From Hemiscyllium ocellatum (Eukaryota), in NCBI RefSeq assembly GCF_020745735.1, contig NC_083435.1:19343231-19407230 (forward strand): 64,000 nucleotides of DNA, read 5' to 3'. The position numbers were made by a program, and so were the translations under genes. Of the stretch, positions 13,590 to 26,191 are shown piece by piece. Within the stretch, counting starts at the first letter, position 1; the number at the start of each line of letters is the position of its first letter. The notes under the pieces were generated by a model that saw only the letters and a list, made by a program, of their open reading frames with translations, did not search any database and was not told where the DNA came from.

Positions 13590-14945
13590 GTACATGGATT
13601 TTAGCAAGGTGTTTAATATGATTTCCCATGGTAGACTCATTCAGAAAATAAGGAGGCATGGGATACAGGCAAATTTGGCTTTACACAGAATTGCTGGCCC
13701 ATACAAGGCAGTGGGGGGCAGTAGATGGAACATATTCAGCCTGGACCTTGGTGACCAGTGGTTTTTTTTTAGATTAGATTAGACTTACAGTGTGGAAACA
13801 GGCCCTTCGGCCCAACAAGTCCACACCGACCCGCCGAAGCGAAACCCACCCATACCCCTACATTACCCCTTACCTAACACTACGGGCAATTTAGCATGGC
13901 CAATTCACCTGACCCGCACATCTTTGGACTGTGGGAGGAAACTGGAGCACCCGGAGGAAACCCACGCAAGTGGTGTTCTGCAGAGATCTGTTCTGGGACC
14001 TCTACTCTTTGTGACTTTTATTAATAACTTGGATGAGGAAGTGGAAGGATGGTTTAGTGAGTTTGCCAATGGCATGAAGTTTGGTGAAGTTGTGGATAGT
14101 GTGGAGAGCTGTTATAGGTTGCAATGGGATATTGATAGGTTGCAGAACTGGGCTGATAAGTGGCAGAATGAGTTCAACCTAGAAAAGTATGTGAAATGAT
14201 TTATTTTGGAATGTTGAATTTGAATGCAGATTATAGGGTTAAAGACAGTGTCGAAGAGCAGAGGGACCTTGTGGTCTGCTTCCATAGAACTCTCAAAGTT
14301 GCCACCCAAGTTGATAGGGTTGTTAAGAAATGTGTTGGCTTTCATAAATGGGGGAATTAAGTTTAAGAGCTGTGAGGTTATGTTGTGGTCCTCTAAAGCC
14401 CTGATCAGACCACACTTGGAATATTGTGTTCAGTTCTGGTAACCCCATTATTGGAAGGATGTGGAAGCTTTGGAGAGGATGCAGTGGAGATTTACCAGGA
14501 TGCTGCCTGGACTAGAGGACATGTCTTATGAAGGAAGGTTGAGGGAGTTTGGGCTTTTCTCATTGGGGCGAGGAAGGATGAGAGGTGACTTGATAGGGGT
14601 GTACAAAATAATGAGAGGCATAGAGTGGATAATCAGAGACTTTTCTGAGGGCAGAAATGGCTATCGTGGAGGGGGGCATAACGTTATGGTGATTGGAAAA
14701 AGGTTTAGGGGAGATGTCAGAGGTAGGTTCTTTACGCAGAGAGTGGTGGATGCTTGAAGTGCACTGCCAGCAGTGGTAGTAGAGTCAGAGACAATAGGCT
14801 CGTTTAAGTGACTCTTGGATAGGCACATGTATGATAGTAAAATGTAGGGTATGTAGGTTAGTTTGATCTTAGAATAGAATGAAAGGTTGGCATAAAACAT
14901 CGAGGGCTGAAGGGCCTGTACTCTGCTGCACTGTTCTATGTTAAG
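13590..14945 (+). mobile_element. CR1 LINE 3' part
   Basis: Motifs MDFSKVFNMISHGRLIQKI, SVLGPLLF, LIRPHLEYCVQFW, LERMQWRFTRMLPGL and RMRGDLIGVYKIM. Confidence 0.88.
13770..13968 (-). mobile_element. Truncated HE1-type SINE inserted in a CR1 fragment
   Basis: The SINE 3' half with (TCTAA)n tail interrupts CR1 RT sequence, which resumes with GVLQRSVLGPLLF. Confidence 0.85.
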
Positions 14946-16224
14946 AACCATGGGAACTATGGTTACTGAATAGCCTGACAGTGAACACCACCGTTAGTAA
15001 ATGTCTCTCAAGCCACAAGCCATTCTGAACCACATTACTGTGCTTTCACTGCCATTGGGTCAATGTCCTGAAGCACCATTCCTAATAGCAATCCGGGCCT
15101 CCCTACACAATGACTGCAGCCGTGCAACAAGGCAGCTCCCCATTACATTCCCCAGGTCAGGAAGGGATGGATGATAATTGCTGGTCTAGACAACACTGCC
15201 CACACATCTTGAATAGATTTAAGAAGAGATGGTAAGGGACACGAAAGAGAATGTAAGGCCCGCTGAAAGACCACATTAGAGGCAAAGAACAAGACAACTG
15301 AGGTCTCTGAAATGGGCACTCCCTCCCCACCTCCACAGAGGGGAAAGATTGAACCTTTGAAGGGCCAGCACCATTGGTGGAAGCCGGCTTTGCATCGTAG
15401 TGTTCCCAAAAGACCCAAAACATGCATTAGGCCTCTCCTTAGTTTCTGCAGGGCCTAACCCTCCAATTGAGGTGGCCACTCCTGATGCCTGAAAAATTAG
15501 CATGACTCGATCTCAAGATGGAGTTTAGTCAGCTGTCCTTGGGACATGAGACACAACGAAATGAGGCCTCCCTGAACTCAAACAGATGGTGACATAATTT
15601 CTGTTAAAAGATCTGAGCACTTCAGAGATAAAACAAGTCACTGAGCATGTATGTAGATCAGCTGACAATCTATATTGGTTACTTACTTCAAAGAAAGCAA
15701 TTCATCAAAGCAATAACCTTATGATTTTCAACAGTTCATAGAATCAGAGTGTAATACAGAAGAGGTCCTTTGCTCATTGTGTGTGTATTGTCAAAACTAT
15801 ACAACTACCTACACTGCTCCCACTTTCCCAGACTAGACCCATAGCCTTCAATCTTTTGACACCTCAAGGTCTTCCACACACCTTTTAAAGGTTGTGAGGT
15901 TCCATTCACGTACCACCCTCTGGGAGAAAAAGCTTTTCCTCAAATCTCCTTAAACCTCCTGCCTTTCAATTTAAAAGATTGCTCCCTTTGTTACAAAACT
16001 TATAAAACATTGTGCTTGAACATTGTTCCATGAGTGCGTTTTGATATTTTCTAATCAATCTGCTCAGAGATATCGTTGCACACCAGGAATTTGAACCGAG
16101 CCCACTTGACTTGGGAGTAGGGACACTACCACAGGGTCTACAAGAATTCCATGTGACTGAAGCTTTACATACATTCAACAAATGTCATAATCAGTGAGTG
16201 AATGTGTTGTTTTGTGGGGACATT

Positions 16225-17075
16225 TTTATGTTAGAAATATGCTTTACTCATAAAGAAATCTTTATATATATATATATACTGTACTAAATCAGTTCAGTTC
16301 TGTACAGTCTTTGCAAATGGAGGAACTAAAAACACTGGAGTTTGACTTGCCCAACAGTTCCTACAACCCAAAGGTATTTCTTACTTGTGCACGGTATTAT
16401 TTAAATATAATTGAGGCACCGGGAGGGTCTGATAACTGAAAGGACCCCCATTTACCTTCAGCAGGAAGCCCTCAGACAGTGGTCTTTCCCCGCTGCACCT
16501 TGGCAGCAGCTGCCCCAAGTTTGAGTGTGTCCCTCAGCACGTAGTCCTGGACCTTGGAATGTGCCAGTCTGCAACACTGGATTGGGACCAATCCTTGCTC
16601 TGGGAGACCAAGAGGTTTCGGATAGACTAAAGAGCGATTTTCACTGATTTGATTACCCTCCTGGCGCAGTTGATGTTTGTCTCGTTGTGCGTCCTGGGGA
16701 ACACGCTGTACAGCACAGAGTCCCGCGTCACGGAGCTCGGGATGAACCTGGACACGACCCACGTCATCTCCCTCCAGACTTCCTTTACAAAGGCACATTC
16801 CAGCAGGAGATGTGTGACAGTCTCAAGTCCCCTGCAGCGCCTTTGAGGGCAGCGTGTTGTGGCGCAGGCTGACCAGGCGCACATGAGGGATCTGACAGGC
16901 AGTGTCCTTCTCACCACCAGCCAAGCGATGTCTTGGTGCTTGTTGGAAAGTTCTGGTGGTGGGACATGCTAGCCAATGACTTTGACAGTCTGCTCAGGGA
17001 ACCACGTGACAGGATCCACCCTGTCTTTTTCCTTCAGGGTCTCGAGGATGCTACTGCTAACCACTGGGGACTTGT
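16225..17075 (-). mobile_element. Tx1/L1-clade LINE 3' fragment
   Basis: Reads TTRCPQRRCRGLETVTHLLLECAFVKEVW (zf-RVT-like) through CCRLAHSKVQDYVLRDTLKLGAAAAKVQRGKTTV*, followed by an AT-rich 3' UTR. Confidence 0.85.
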
Positions 17076-18794
17076 GGTCAAACGGAAATGAAGACAGACA
17101 AGAGTGTACAGATTACAACCAGAGCAATGAAGGAGCTTGCAACGGTTTCCAGTCCTGAGTGAGCTGCCCCGTGTCTCTGTCAATGTGACTCTGTTAATCA
17201 CAGACGAGACAGAATGATTTAGCAGCCTGTGGTTAACACGTTTCCTACTCTCCACCTGTTCAATGTGCACATCACATCATGATGGGCCCAAGCTACTTCA
17301 GAGTTGCTGGGTGGGGAGTTCCCACCCTCTCAGTTGATGATATAAAATGTTTCCTTCCTCTCACTGAATCAACTTGCGAAATTATCCCCACCTCTGAACA
17401 ACACAGAGAAACCGGAGCCCTTCCTCTGCTGGCTGAACATTAAAGAGAGCTCCCCATCTCACTCAAATACATTGGAAAGCTGCCTCCATAGAAACAGTAC
17501 AACGCAGGAACAGGCTCTTCGGCCCATCATGTATGTGCCAGTCATGACGCTATTCTAAACTCATCCCATTTGCCTGCACATGGTCCATATCCCTCTATTC
17601 CTTGTCTGTTCATTTGTCTGTCTAAAACGTTGCTCCATAGTTGATCCTTATTTTTCTTATGCATTTAGTAAAGTTTTGAATCCATTTAAACACAAGAAAC
17701 AAATGTTTACCATCCCATTAAACAACCTGTGATTTATCGCTTTCAGGTTGTAAATACGTCTGTAAATCTCTGAAAGAGAATGACCAGCAATAAATGGATT
17801 TTCCTGCTCCCCGGATGCTGCCTGACCTGCCGTGCTTTTCCAGCACCACTCTAATATTGACTCTAATCTCCAGCATCTGCAGTGCCCACTTCTGCTGAGC
17901 AACAAACTGATGTCGATCGCCATCTATTGGAGGAGTTCCTCGCCTTGTTTATGGAGACTGCAGAAGGGCGCCCTCTTATGGTGCAGTGGTAGTGTTGTTA
18001 CTCAAGTCTCATCTGATCCATAAGTAGACAGTAGCAGGTTGAATTGGGGGGGAGGTGGCGGGAACTAATGAAAATGTACTGTACTTAGACCATCTGTGAG
18101 CGTCCAGAGTTTGGGAAGGTATTGTCTGTGTACAGGTCCCTCTCTCTGCACAAGGATTAGGGAATGAAAAGTGAGCAGGGCCGGGAGTTGGGGGTGGGGA
18201 GGGGGGTGGGGAGTTCTCTTGGTGAAGCACTTGCATCCAATCAAGTGTTTAAGCTTAGTTTCTTTCCCATCTGACCCGACCGAACTCGGTTTCCTTTCAC
18301 AGATACCGCCACTCAGTTTGAAAACTACACAGAAAGGGGAATGTATTACTGTGAGAAATGGAGAAGCCCAGATGCCAGTCCCCCACTCTCTTCAGAAATC
18401 AAATGCAACCCAGTTGCCTCGCTCGGGAACCACAACTGATCGCAGACAGTATGAAAGGACAAAACACTCAGCTGGGTGCGGCGAATCAGTCGCTGTTTTG
18501 ATTGTACGTGAGAAGGAGAGAGGTGTGATGACCCGAAAATTCCTTGTGAAATTAAGAAAATGTCAAATCTGTAATAAATGACATATTTCATAATTACAGG
18601 TAGCACAACTGACAACACCATCATAATGTTCAAATCGACGTAAGTCAATACTCATTGATTAAATGCGAAAGATTTGGCAGGTACAGCTGTTAACACCCCA
18701 ATAATCCAGGTCAACACGTTTCATTTTCTCTGTGGATTAGGGGATAATTTTAGGTTAAACTTCACATCTATAACTGTAATGATATCATGACTCA

Positions 18795-19335
18795 CACAGT
18801 CATAGAGCACAGAAACCGACCCTTTGGTCCAACTATGTTCCTGAACTAAACAAGTCCTACTGGCTCATATCCCTCCAACCTTTCCTTTTCATGAAATCAT
18901 CCAACTATCTTTTAAACGTTGTGACCGTGCCCTCATCCAGCACTTCCACCGACAGTTCATTCCACACATGAATCACTTTCTGTGTGAAAAAAGCTGCTTT
19001 AAATCTTTCGCCTCCCATTTTCAAAATACGCCCCCTAGTTTTAAACTCCCCCATCATTAGGAAAAACAAACCCTTGTCATTCGTCTTCTCTGTGCCTCTC
19101 GTGATTTTATAAACCTCTATAAGGTCACCCCTCAACCCCTTACCCTCTAGGGAAAAAAATCCCAGCCGATCAGGCCTCTCCCCATAACCCAAACATCCAG
19201 TGCTGGCAACATTCTGGTATATCTCTTCTGAATCTTCTCAATCAAGCTTAATATCCTTCCGAAACAGGGCGAGCAGTACCGCACACAATACTCTAGAAGA
19301 GGTCTCACCAACAACCCGTACAACTTCAACATAAG
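18795..19335 (-). mobile_element. CR1 LINE 3' fragment
   Basis: Motifs LVRPLLEYCVRY and GLRGDLIEVYKI. Confidence 0.8.
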
Positions 19336-20138
19336 TGTGTCATGATCCATGTGTGTCATTCTATGTCTGAACAGGTTAACTAATAATATTTATTAATCTA
19401 TCGAAAACAATGACACAAAATAAAGACAGTCAAACTCACGTGTTTCTGGTTCTGAGCAGTTGTTCTCTAAGCTGTGGTAGCTGGACTGAGATCATCACAG
19501 GGGCGTTCAATAACACAAGGGGATTGGGAAGGACTTAGTGAGGGTAAGTAAAGTTATTACAGATATAATATATAATGTAATATATAATATTAATATTACA
19601 TACATAAACCGAAGGAACTGGGGAAATATTTACTGAGCGAGTGCCGAAGAGAGCGTAATTAAGGATATCACAGAATATATTGTACACACCGATATGGGGA
19701 GGGAGTCACTGAGTGAGTGTGCGAGGGAGCATGGTTAACAGACACACTCTATAAGCAAGAGGTTGGGTGAATTTTACTGAGGGGCTGTAGGAGAACAGGA
19801 ACAAAGTCCACAGAGTGCTTTCACCCCATCAGTGATTCTACACGGAAGTGTCACTATAAAAAGTTATGGTCACTGGGGGAAAAGAATGATTCAGCTGTGA
19901 AAGAGTTAAGGGTCAAACAGTTAGGTTTGACAGTTTAGCCTGTGGTTTGAGGTTACTATTCGGAGAACGAGGGGATGGTGCTGCTGCAGAGAAGCCTGGG
20001 TTAGAATAAATCCAATATCTATTCTATATATGTGTGTACACTTATTTTTGTTTTGCTCAGTCCATTTGAAGCAGATTTAAAGTGTAAATGAAAATCATGG
20101 AAGCCATCAATGAAACACTTGCTCATTGGGTACCATGC

Positions 20139-20151
20139 TGACGTGACCACA
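20139..20151 (+). promoter_or_regulatory. Overlapping CRE-like and RUNX motifs upstream of gene A
   Basis: TGACGTGA overlaps ACCACA (RUNX consensus TGTGGT on the other strand), about 130 nt upstream of the ATG. Motif match only. Confidence 0.3.
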
Positions 20152-20276
20152 CACTCATTGCCATGAGCACTTCCGTTACTGTCAAAAAACACAGGTTATC
20201 ACACTCAACCAGAAATACAGGCCTCCAACTCATTCGTTTCTACTGCTTGAGGTCCAGCTCCTGTGGTGTTGGAGGT

Positions 20277-20352
20277 ATGTGCAGACAAACGAGTCACCGT
20301 TTTCAGCTCCCCACCCTTTGGCTTCTCGTACATTACTGTACCCCCTTCTCTG
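20277..20352 (+). CDS. Gene A exon 1: leader/signal peptide of a single-V Ig receptor
   Basis: ATG at 20277 reads MCRQTSHRFQLPTLWLLVHYCTPFS+G and ends at the donor TCTG|GTAAGT in phase 1. It joins the V exon in frame (G|CC = Ala). The hydrophobic core is modest. Confidence 0.75.
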
Positions 20353-22074
20353 GTAAGTGACGTTCATCACGAAAGCAATTCTCCATCAAACGGCCTTTGA
20401 TTCCGTATGACAGGCTAGCTGACGGTATTCCCTCGGGACTGAAGTTTCACCACTTCTCTTTCATCCAGCGAGTGTGAGATCATTGAGATTTCCTGTCTCA
20501 TTTACTGGGCCCTCCAGTATCCTGCTTCCTTGTCACAATCTATGCCTTCGGTTCACGTTTCAAAGGATGGGAGGCTACCTCACTGAAACATGCAGGATTC
20601 TTAAGAGGCTTGACAGGGTAGATGCTGAGAGGATGTTTCCCGTCATGGAAGATACTGGGCCCGGAGGGTGTATACTTAGAATAAAGAGGCACCCGTTTGC
20701 GACGGAATGAGGAGGAATTTATTCCCTCAGAGGGCTCTGAGTGTTTGGAGCTATGGGGGCAGTGTCCCTTGGGTGTATTTAAGGCTGAGATAGATATTTT
20801 CTTGATCAGCCGGGAAGGCAAGGATTTCTGGGGGAAAGTGGATGTGAGAAGTGTAATATGAGCCATGATTCTCTTGAATGACTCCTGTTCCTGTGTATGG
20901 TGGTTTAATATGGCCGGAAACCTGATTTAGTCTGGATGTAGGAATGAGTCTGCAGGGATTTGAATGCGCCGATGGTTAAACACTATTTTGTAAAATGTTA
21001 CCTTGTGTGTTATATCGAAGTCAGACAGCGTCAGATTGGGCATATTTTTGGTGATTAACATTCTTCTGCCTGTCAGAGATGGTGAGAATCCCGTTTGACG
21101 AGAGTACTCCCACGGCTGCGGGACCAGCCAGTTATGGAAAGGCATAAGTTGAATCACAGTTACCACACCATCTTGATCTCTCCCTTCTCCCGACGCTGCC
21201 TGGAAGCGTTAGGTGGTGCAATGCAGCTGCCCACTTTAGTTAAGGGTTGGAAATGAATTATAAGGAAGTTAAATCACACTTGGTCCAACCGGGTAAAACC
21301 TACAACAGGAATCACTGGAGAGACTCCGCGGTTCTGGCACTATTTGCGGAGACAGAAACAGAGAGTCCAGTTCCCGGAACCGTTCGATCTGCTCCTCTCC
21401 CAGCGGGTCCGGGTCTGTGGAGGGAAATCCGAGTTTACGTTCCGGGTCCAGTGACCCGTCTTCAGGACCCTGTGGTTATCACGGGGTGCTTTTATTTTTG
21501 ACCTGGAGGAACATGTGTCTCACGCTGGTTCTCAGATAACAATATTAGGATCCCCTTTTCATTTGTCATGATTTGCAGGAGCCGGTGTTGGACTGGGGTG
21601 TACCAAGTTAAAAATCCCACAACACCAGGTTATAGTCCAACAGGTTTATTTGGAAACACTAGCTTTCCAAGCGCTGCTCCTTCATCGCGTGGTTGTGGAG
21701 TATAAGGTCGTAAAACACACAATTTATTGCAAATGTTTACCGTCTGATGTAACTGCAATTATATATTGAAAAAGACCTGGATTGTTTGTTAAGTCTCTCA
21801 CTATTTAGAATGACCGTGTTGGTTTCAGTTCTTTCATATGTAAATCCCAGAACTTCTTAAAAGTTATCGTTTGTGCAAGCTGTGAAAGTGGGGAGAGTAT
21901 TGACAATCTTCAAAAGGGCATTAACAGCATGAAAACATCCCAGAGCCGAGTGACGGATGAGCTTCATTGCAGTTTGTAAATATTCAGGGGTCAGTCAGAG
22001 GGACACGGAGGGGGTTTGTAAAGTATAGGATGCCGCTTAAAAGGAAGCGGTTCCAGCGGTGAGGTGGGTAACTG

Positions 22075-22620
22075 CCAGTGCATTGCGGCCATGTTCTGCA
22101 ATGTGCCTATGCAGAGGAAGTCTGGAGAGGAATGCAGTGGTGTTTGTCGAGGTTCGTCCCGAGCAGCGCCGACGCGGGACTCCGTGCTCTACAGTCTGTT
22201 CCTTGCGCCTGGAGGATCATCAACTCGGTGAAGGACGCTCTCTGGGCGGTGGGAAACCTGTTGATCTTCCAGCTGAAGGAGTTGATCCGGACTGAGTGTT
22301 GCAGACTGGCACATTCCAAGGTCCAGGGCTACGTGTTGAGGGACGCGCTGAAGCTTGGGGCAGCTGCCGCCAAGGCGCGGTGGGGAAAGACCACCGTGTA
22401 ACATCTGCCTGTCTAAAGAAGAGCAGGGGGCCCATGCAGTTGTTCGGGCTCTGCTGACGCCTCAGCTCAATATATGGGTATATGAGTGAGAAATGCACAG
22501 TCCTGTATATAACAACGATAAATCCCGATCTGTGTATGTAAATGTATATGTATGGCATGACCAACTTACAGACCATCAAATTATTTTATGAATAAAGTAT
22601 ATTTTTGAAAATAAAACAAA
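22075..22620 (+). mobile_element. Tx1/L1-clade LINE 3' fragment
   Basis: Reads HVLQCAYAEEVWRGMQWCLSRFVP...CCRLAHSKVQGYVLRDALKLGAAAAKARWGKTTV*. The 3' UTR ends ttttatgaataaagtatattttt plus an A-rich tail. Confidence 0.85.
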
Positions 22621-23009
22621 ATGTTCATGTCTCTCCCAAGCGAAGCGCTGTTTTACTTTGCAAATGAGGTCAGTGAGCTGGGAATACGAAATGAACAGTG
22701 TTATTTTATGCCACTTCGTGAATAATTAGAGTGGAGTTGAAGAGGAATGTTTTCACCCTGAGGAGCCTGGAATTCTAACAAAAGAATACTGCGGATGCTG
22801 GAAATTGGAAACAGTAGCAGGAACTGTTGGAGAAACTCAGCAGGTCCTGTGCAGAGAGAAAGTAGATTTAATGGCTCTTCAGAACTCTGTTACTCAATGT
22901 CTGAAAGTTTTGTGTGTCCGTGCTAACTACAGTCCGCCTCTAAACGCTCCCACATCCAAACACTACCATACCCTACCACCTCCCCGTAACAAACAAAAGC
23001 AAAACACTG

Positions 23010-23225
23010 CACCTTGGAGACCCGGGTTCAATTGCCGCCTCGGGCAACTCTCTGTGTGGAGTTTGCACATTCTCTCTCCGTGTCTGTGTGGGTTTCCTCC
23101 CACAGTCCAGGTTCGGTGAATTGGCCATGCTAAATTGCTCGTTGTGAAGGTGAAGGGGTAAATGTAGGGGAGTGGGTATGGGTGGGCTGCTGTTCGGACT
23201 GTTTCCACACTGTAGGGAACCTAAT
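23010..23225 (+). mobile_element. HE1-type SINE
   Basis: B box cccgggttcaattg, conserved body, tail gtttccacactgtagg. Confidence 0.8.
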
Positions 23226-23289
23226 CTTGCTGCACTTGTGAAATGTTCATTAACTTCAAACAACCTCTTAGTGCTCACGGTGATTCCAA

Positions 23290-24030
23290 GACTCCACGTA
23301 GAGAGAGAAGCCTAGGAATTCAGATACATAACTCTTTGAAATTTGTGTCACATATAGACAGGGTGTTTGAAAAGGCGTTTACCAGGCTTGCCTTCATTGC
23401 TCAGTCCATTGAGTATAGCAGTTGGGATGAAATGTTAATGTTGGACTATAACCTGGTGTTGTGTGATTTCTAACTGTGTACACCCCAGTCCAACACCGGC
23501 ATCTCCAAATCATAATATTGTCCAGGACGTTGGTGAGACCTCCTCAGGAATACTGTGTCCAGTTCTGGTCGCCCAGATAAAGGAAGGATATCATTAAGCT
23601 GCAGATGTTTCAGAGGAGATCACCAAGATATTGCCGGGGGTGGAAGGTTTGAGTTATAAAGTTTGATTAGATGATCTGGGCCTTTTAGTTCTGGGGCATC
23701 GGAGGCTGAGAGGCGACCTTTGAGAAGTTTATACAATAATAAGAGGTATGGGTAGAGTTAATGGTTGTTGTCTTTTCCCGAGGATGGGGGATTATGGTGA
23801 AAGGAGAGATATAAAAAAAATTAGGGCAAAAGGTTTTGCACAAAACGTGGTTCGTGTATGGAATGACTTTCTGAGGAAGTGGTGGATGTGGGTGCAATTG
23901 CAATGTGTAAAATAAAGGATAAATACAGGGATGGGGAGGGATAGGAGGATTATAGGCTAGGAGCAGGTAGGTGGGACTAGATCAGTTTAGGATTATGTTC
24001 TGAAGGATCTGTTTCCTTGCTGTCTGTCTA
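23290..24030 (+). mobile_element. CR1 LINE 3' fragment (interrupted)
   Basis: Motif AFTRLAFIAQSIEYSSW, then gaatactgtgtccagttctgg and gaggctgagaggcgacc. Confidence 0.75.
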
Positions 24031-24271
24031 TGACCCTGCGGCAAAGCGTTTCAGGTTGTGTCTTTGTTCGGGCGCGGTTTTACATTCAGTGAAATAATAG
24101 TTTCTAATTAACGTGGATTCTCGGTCCAAACAAATCTAATTCTGTGCCATTTGATGCTCTATTTGTTTTGATGAATGATTTATAATGTTTTATAACCTGC
24201 TCCCGTCGTGGGGAATATTGAAAGTGCTCGTTCCTTTCTGACACTGATGTCGTGTTTTGATCTTGTTGCAG

Positions 24272-24664
24272 CCTCTGGAAGCGGTGTTACCCTGAGGGTC
24301 CCTCAGAGAGAAGTGAACGGGATCGTGAGCCTGTCTGTCAATCTCTCTGTCTCCTATTCCACACTCCCACCCTACTCCACGTTGAAGATCCAGTGGCGTT
24401 TATTCTCCGAAAATACTCCATTTGTGACCCTAAGCCGATCAAACTGCTCTCCAGGTCCTGTCACATCCCGGTATAACTGTTCAGATCACCAGGTGACAGG
24501 GCCTTCCTACCGGCACCGAGTTCAACTCGACCCAGAGACTGGATCCTTGTGGCTGCGGGATTTACAATCTAATGACAGCGGCGTGTATGTGATATCAGTT
24601 TATAGAGATGGTGAGGGCATAGCTGCTGAAGGGAATGTGACTTTAACCGTTTATAGCGAGACAG
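24272..24664 (+). CDS. Gene A exon 2: V-set Ig domain, CD2/SLAM/CEACAM/HEPACAM-like
   Basis: Acceptor TTGTTGCAG|, donor ACAG|GTAAGT, 393 nt, phase 1-1, open frame. Ig motifs: KIQWRL (C-strand Trp), YRHRVQLDPETGSLWLRDLQSNDSGVYVISV (D-E-F strands), GNVTLTVY (G strand). No canonical B/F Cys. Confidence 0.92.
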
Positions 24665-26191
24665 GTAAGTGTTTACAATCTTTTATCACTTTATTCTTGG
24701 CTGTTCTTTCCAGCAAAGGCAAGCTGTCTTTTTCCCTCTTAGCTCAATAGGAAGATAAGACGTAGGTGCAGAATCTGGCCATTCGGCCCATTCAAACTGC
24801 TCTGCCATTCAATCAGCTGCTGGCTGATCCGGTGATCCTCAACTCCACTTTCTTGTTTTTCCCCACAATGCTCAACTCTTTTTACTGGTTAAAAATATCT
24901 ATCTCAACCTTGAATATACTGAATGACTCAGTCTCCACACCTCTCTGTGATACAGAATCACTACGCTCTGAGAGAGGAGAAGCCTCCTCATCTCTGTCAA
25001 TTGCGACCCCTTACTCTGAGACTGTGCCTCTCATGCTCGACTTTCTCACACATGGAATACAGGATTCACCCGCTCAACCTCACCTCATAAGACAATCCTT
25101 CCATACCTGGTGAATATTCCCTGTTCTGCCTTCAAGTCCAGTATGTCTTCCCTCAGATAAGGAGACTAGAGCCGTTCACGGTATTCGAATTGTGGTCTGG
25201 GGAGTGCTTTGTGTAGCTTGAGTCAAACCGCCATATTTTCTAATCCATTCCTTTTGAAGGGTCCAGATGAAGAGTCCTGACCCAATCCATTCCTCTCCTG
25301 CTCCTCTGGTGCTGCCTGACCTGCTGTGCTTTTTCCACCTCCACACTTTATCACCTCTGCGATATTATTGATACTGATGTTCTCCTCTACAATTTTCTGC
25401 TCTCTGTTATTGTTTTCCTCACCATGTTCTCTCGGGAGCCAACGTCTACTGGTAACACTATCTTCAATATCACATATTTGAAGGAACACGTACTGTCCCT
25501 TTACTTGCTGGGTTTCCTCTGTAGCTTATTTTCTCACTATTACTTTTCGTCCTCTTTTTTTAGGTTTTAAAACATTCCTAATCCTCTGATTTACCACTAA
25601 TATTTGCCACATTGGCGATTTTTCTTTCCATTTGATACTGAACATTCTCAGTTGGTTGGTTCTCTTGCTCGGATTCTTCTTCCTCACTTTATTGTAGGTC
25701 ACAATTTTCAAAAAAAGTGTCATTGTTCATCATCTTTGTTTTTTATTTGCTGAACTCCTCTTCCATGCCACTCCAGCCAACACGACCCTAATTTCCATCT
25801 AATTACACTTATTTACATTTAGCACAGCTGTTTCTGACCCACGTTTGTCACTCTCAGACGAAATGCTGCATTCTACCATGTTATAGTCACTGATTCCTGA
25901 AGGATATTTCACCAAGATCATTAAACATTACTTGAAATAAAACTGGCCTGATCCCTGGTTGGATCCACAATATATTCTTCTCAGAAACTATCCTGAAAAC
26001 ACACTGCGAATATTTCCTCATGGCTATCTCTGCCAATTTGATTTTCAAAACTGTTTGAAGAGTAAAGTCACCCATGTTTGCATTGTCCCTGTCATTTGGA
26101 AGTAAGCTGCATAACGGCAATATTTTCTATATCATTGTATTACCTGCTCACTCTGTTAGGGTTGTTGTAACTGTCAGAATTCTTATTGCAG

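Noticed and set aside
16308-16373. 66-nt open exon-like unit (SLQMEELKTLEFDLPNSSYNPK)
   Set aside because: It lies antisense within the Tx1 3' UTR, and its phase-0 frame does not fit the phase-1 join proposed for 11813-18303.
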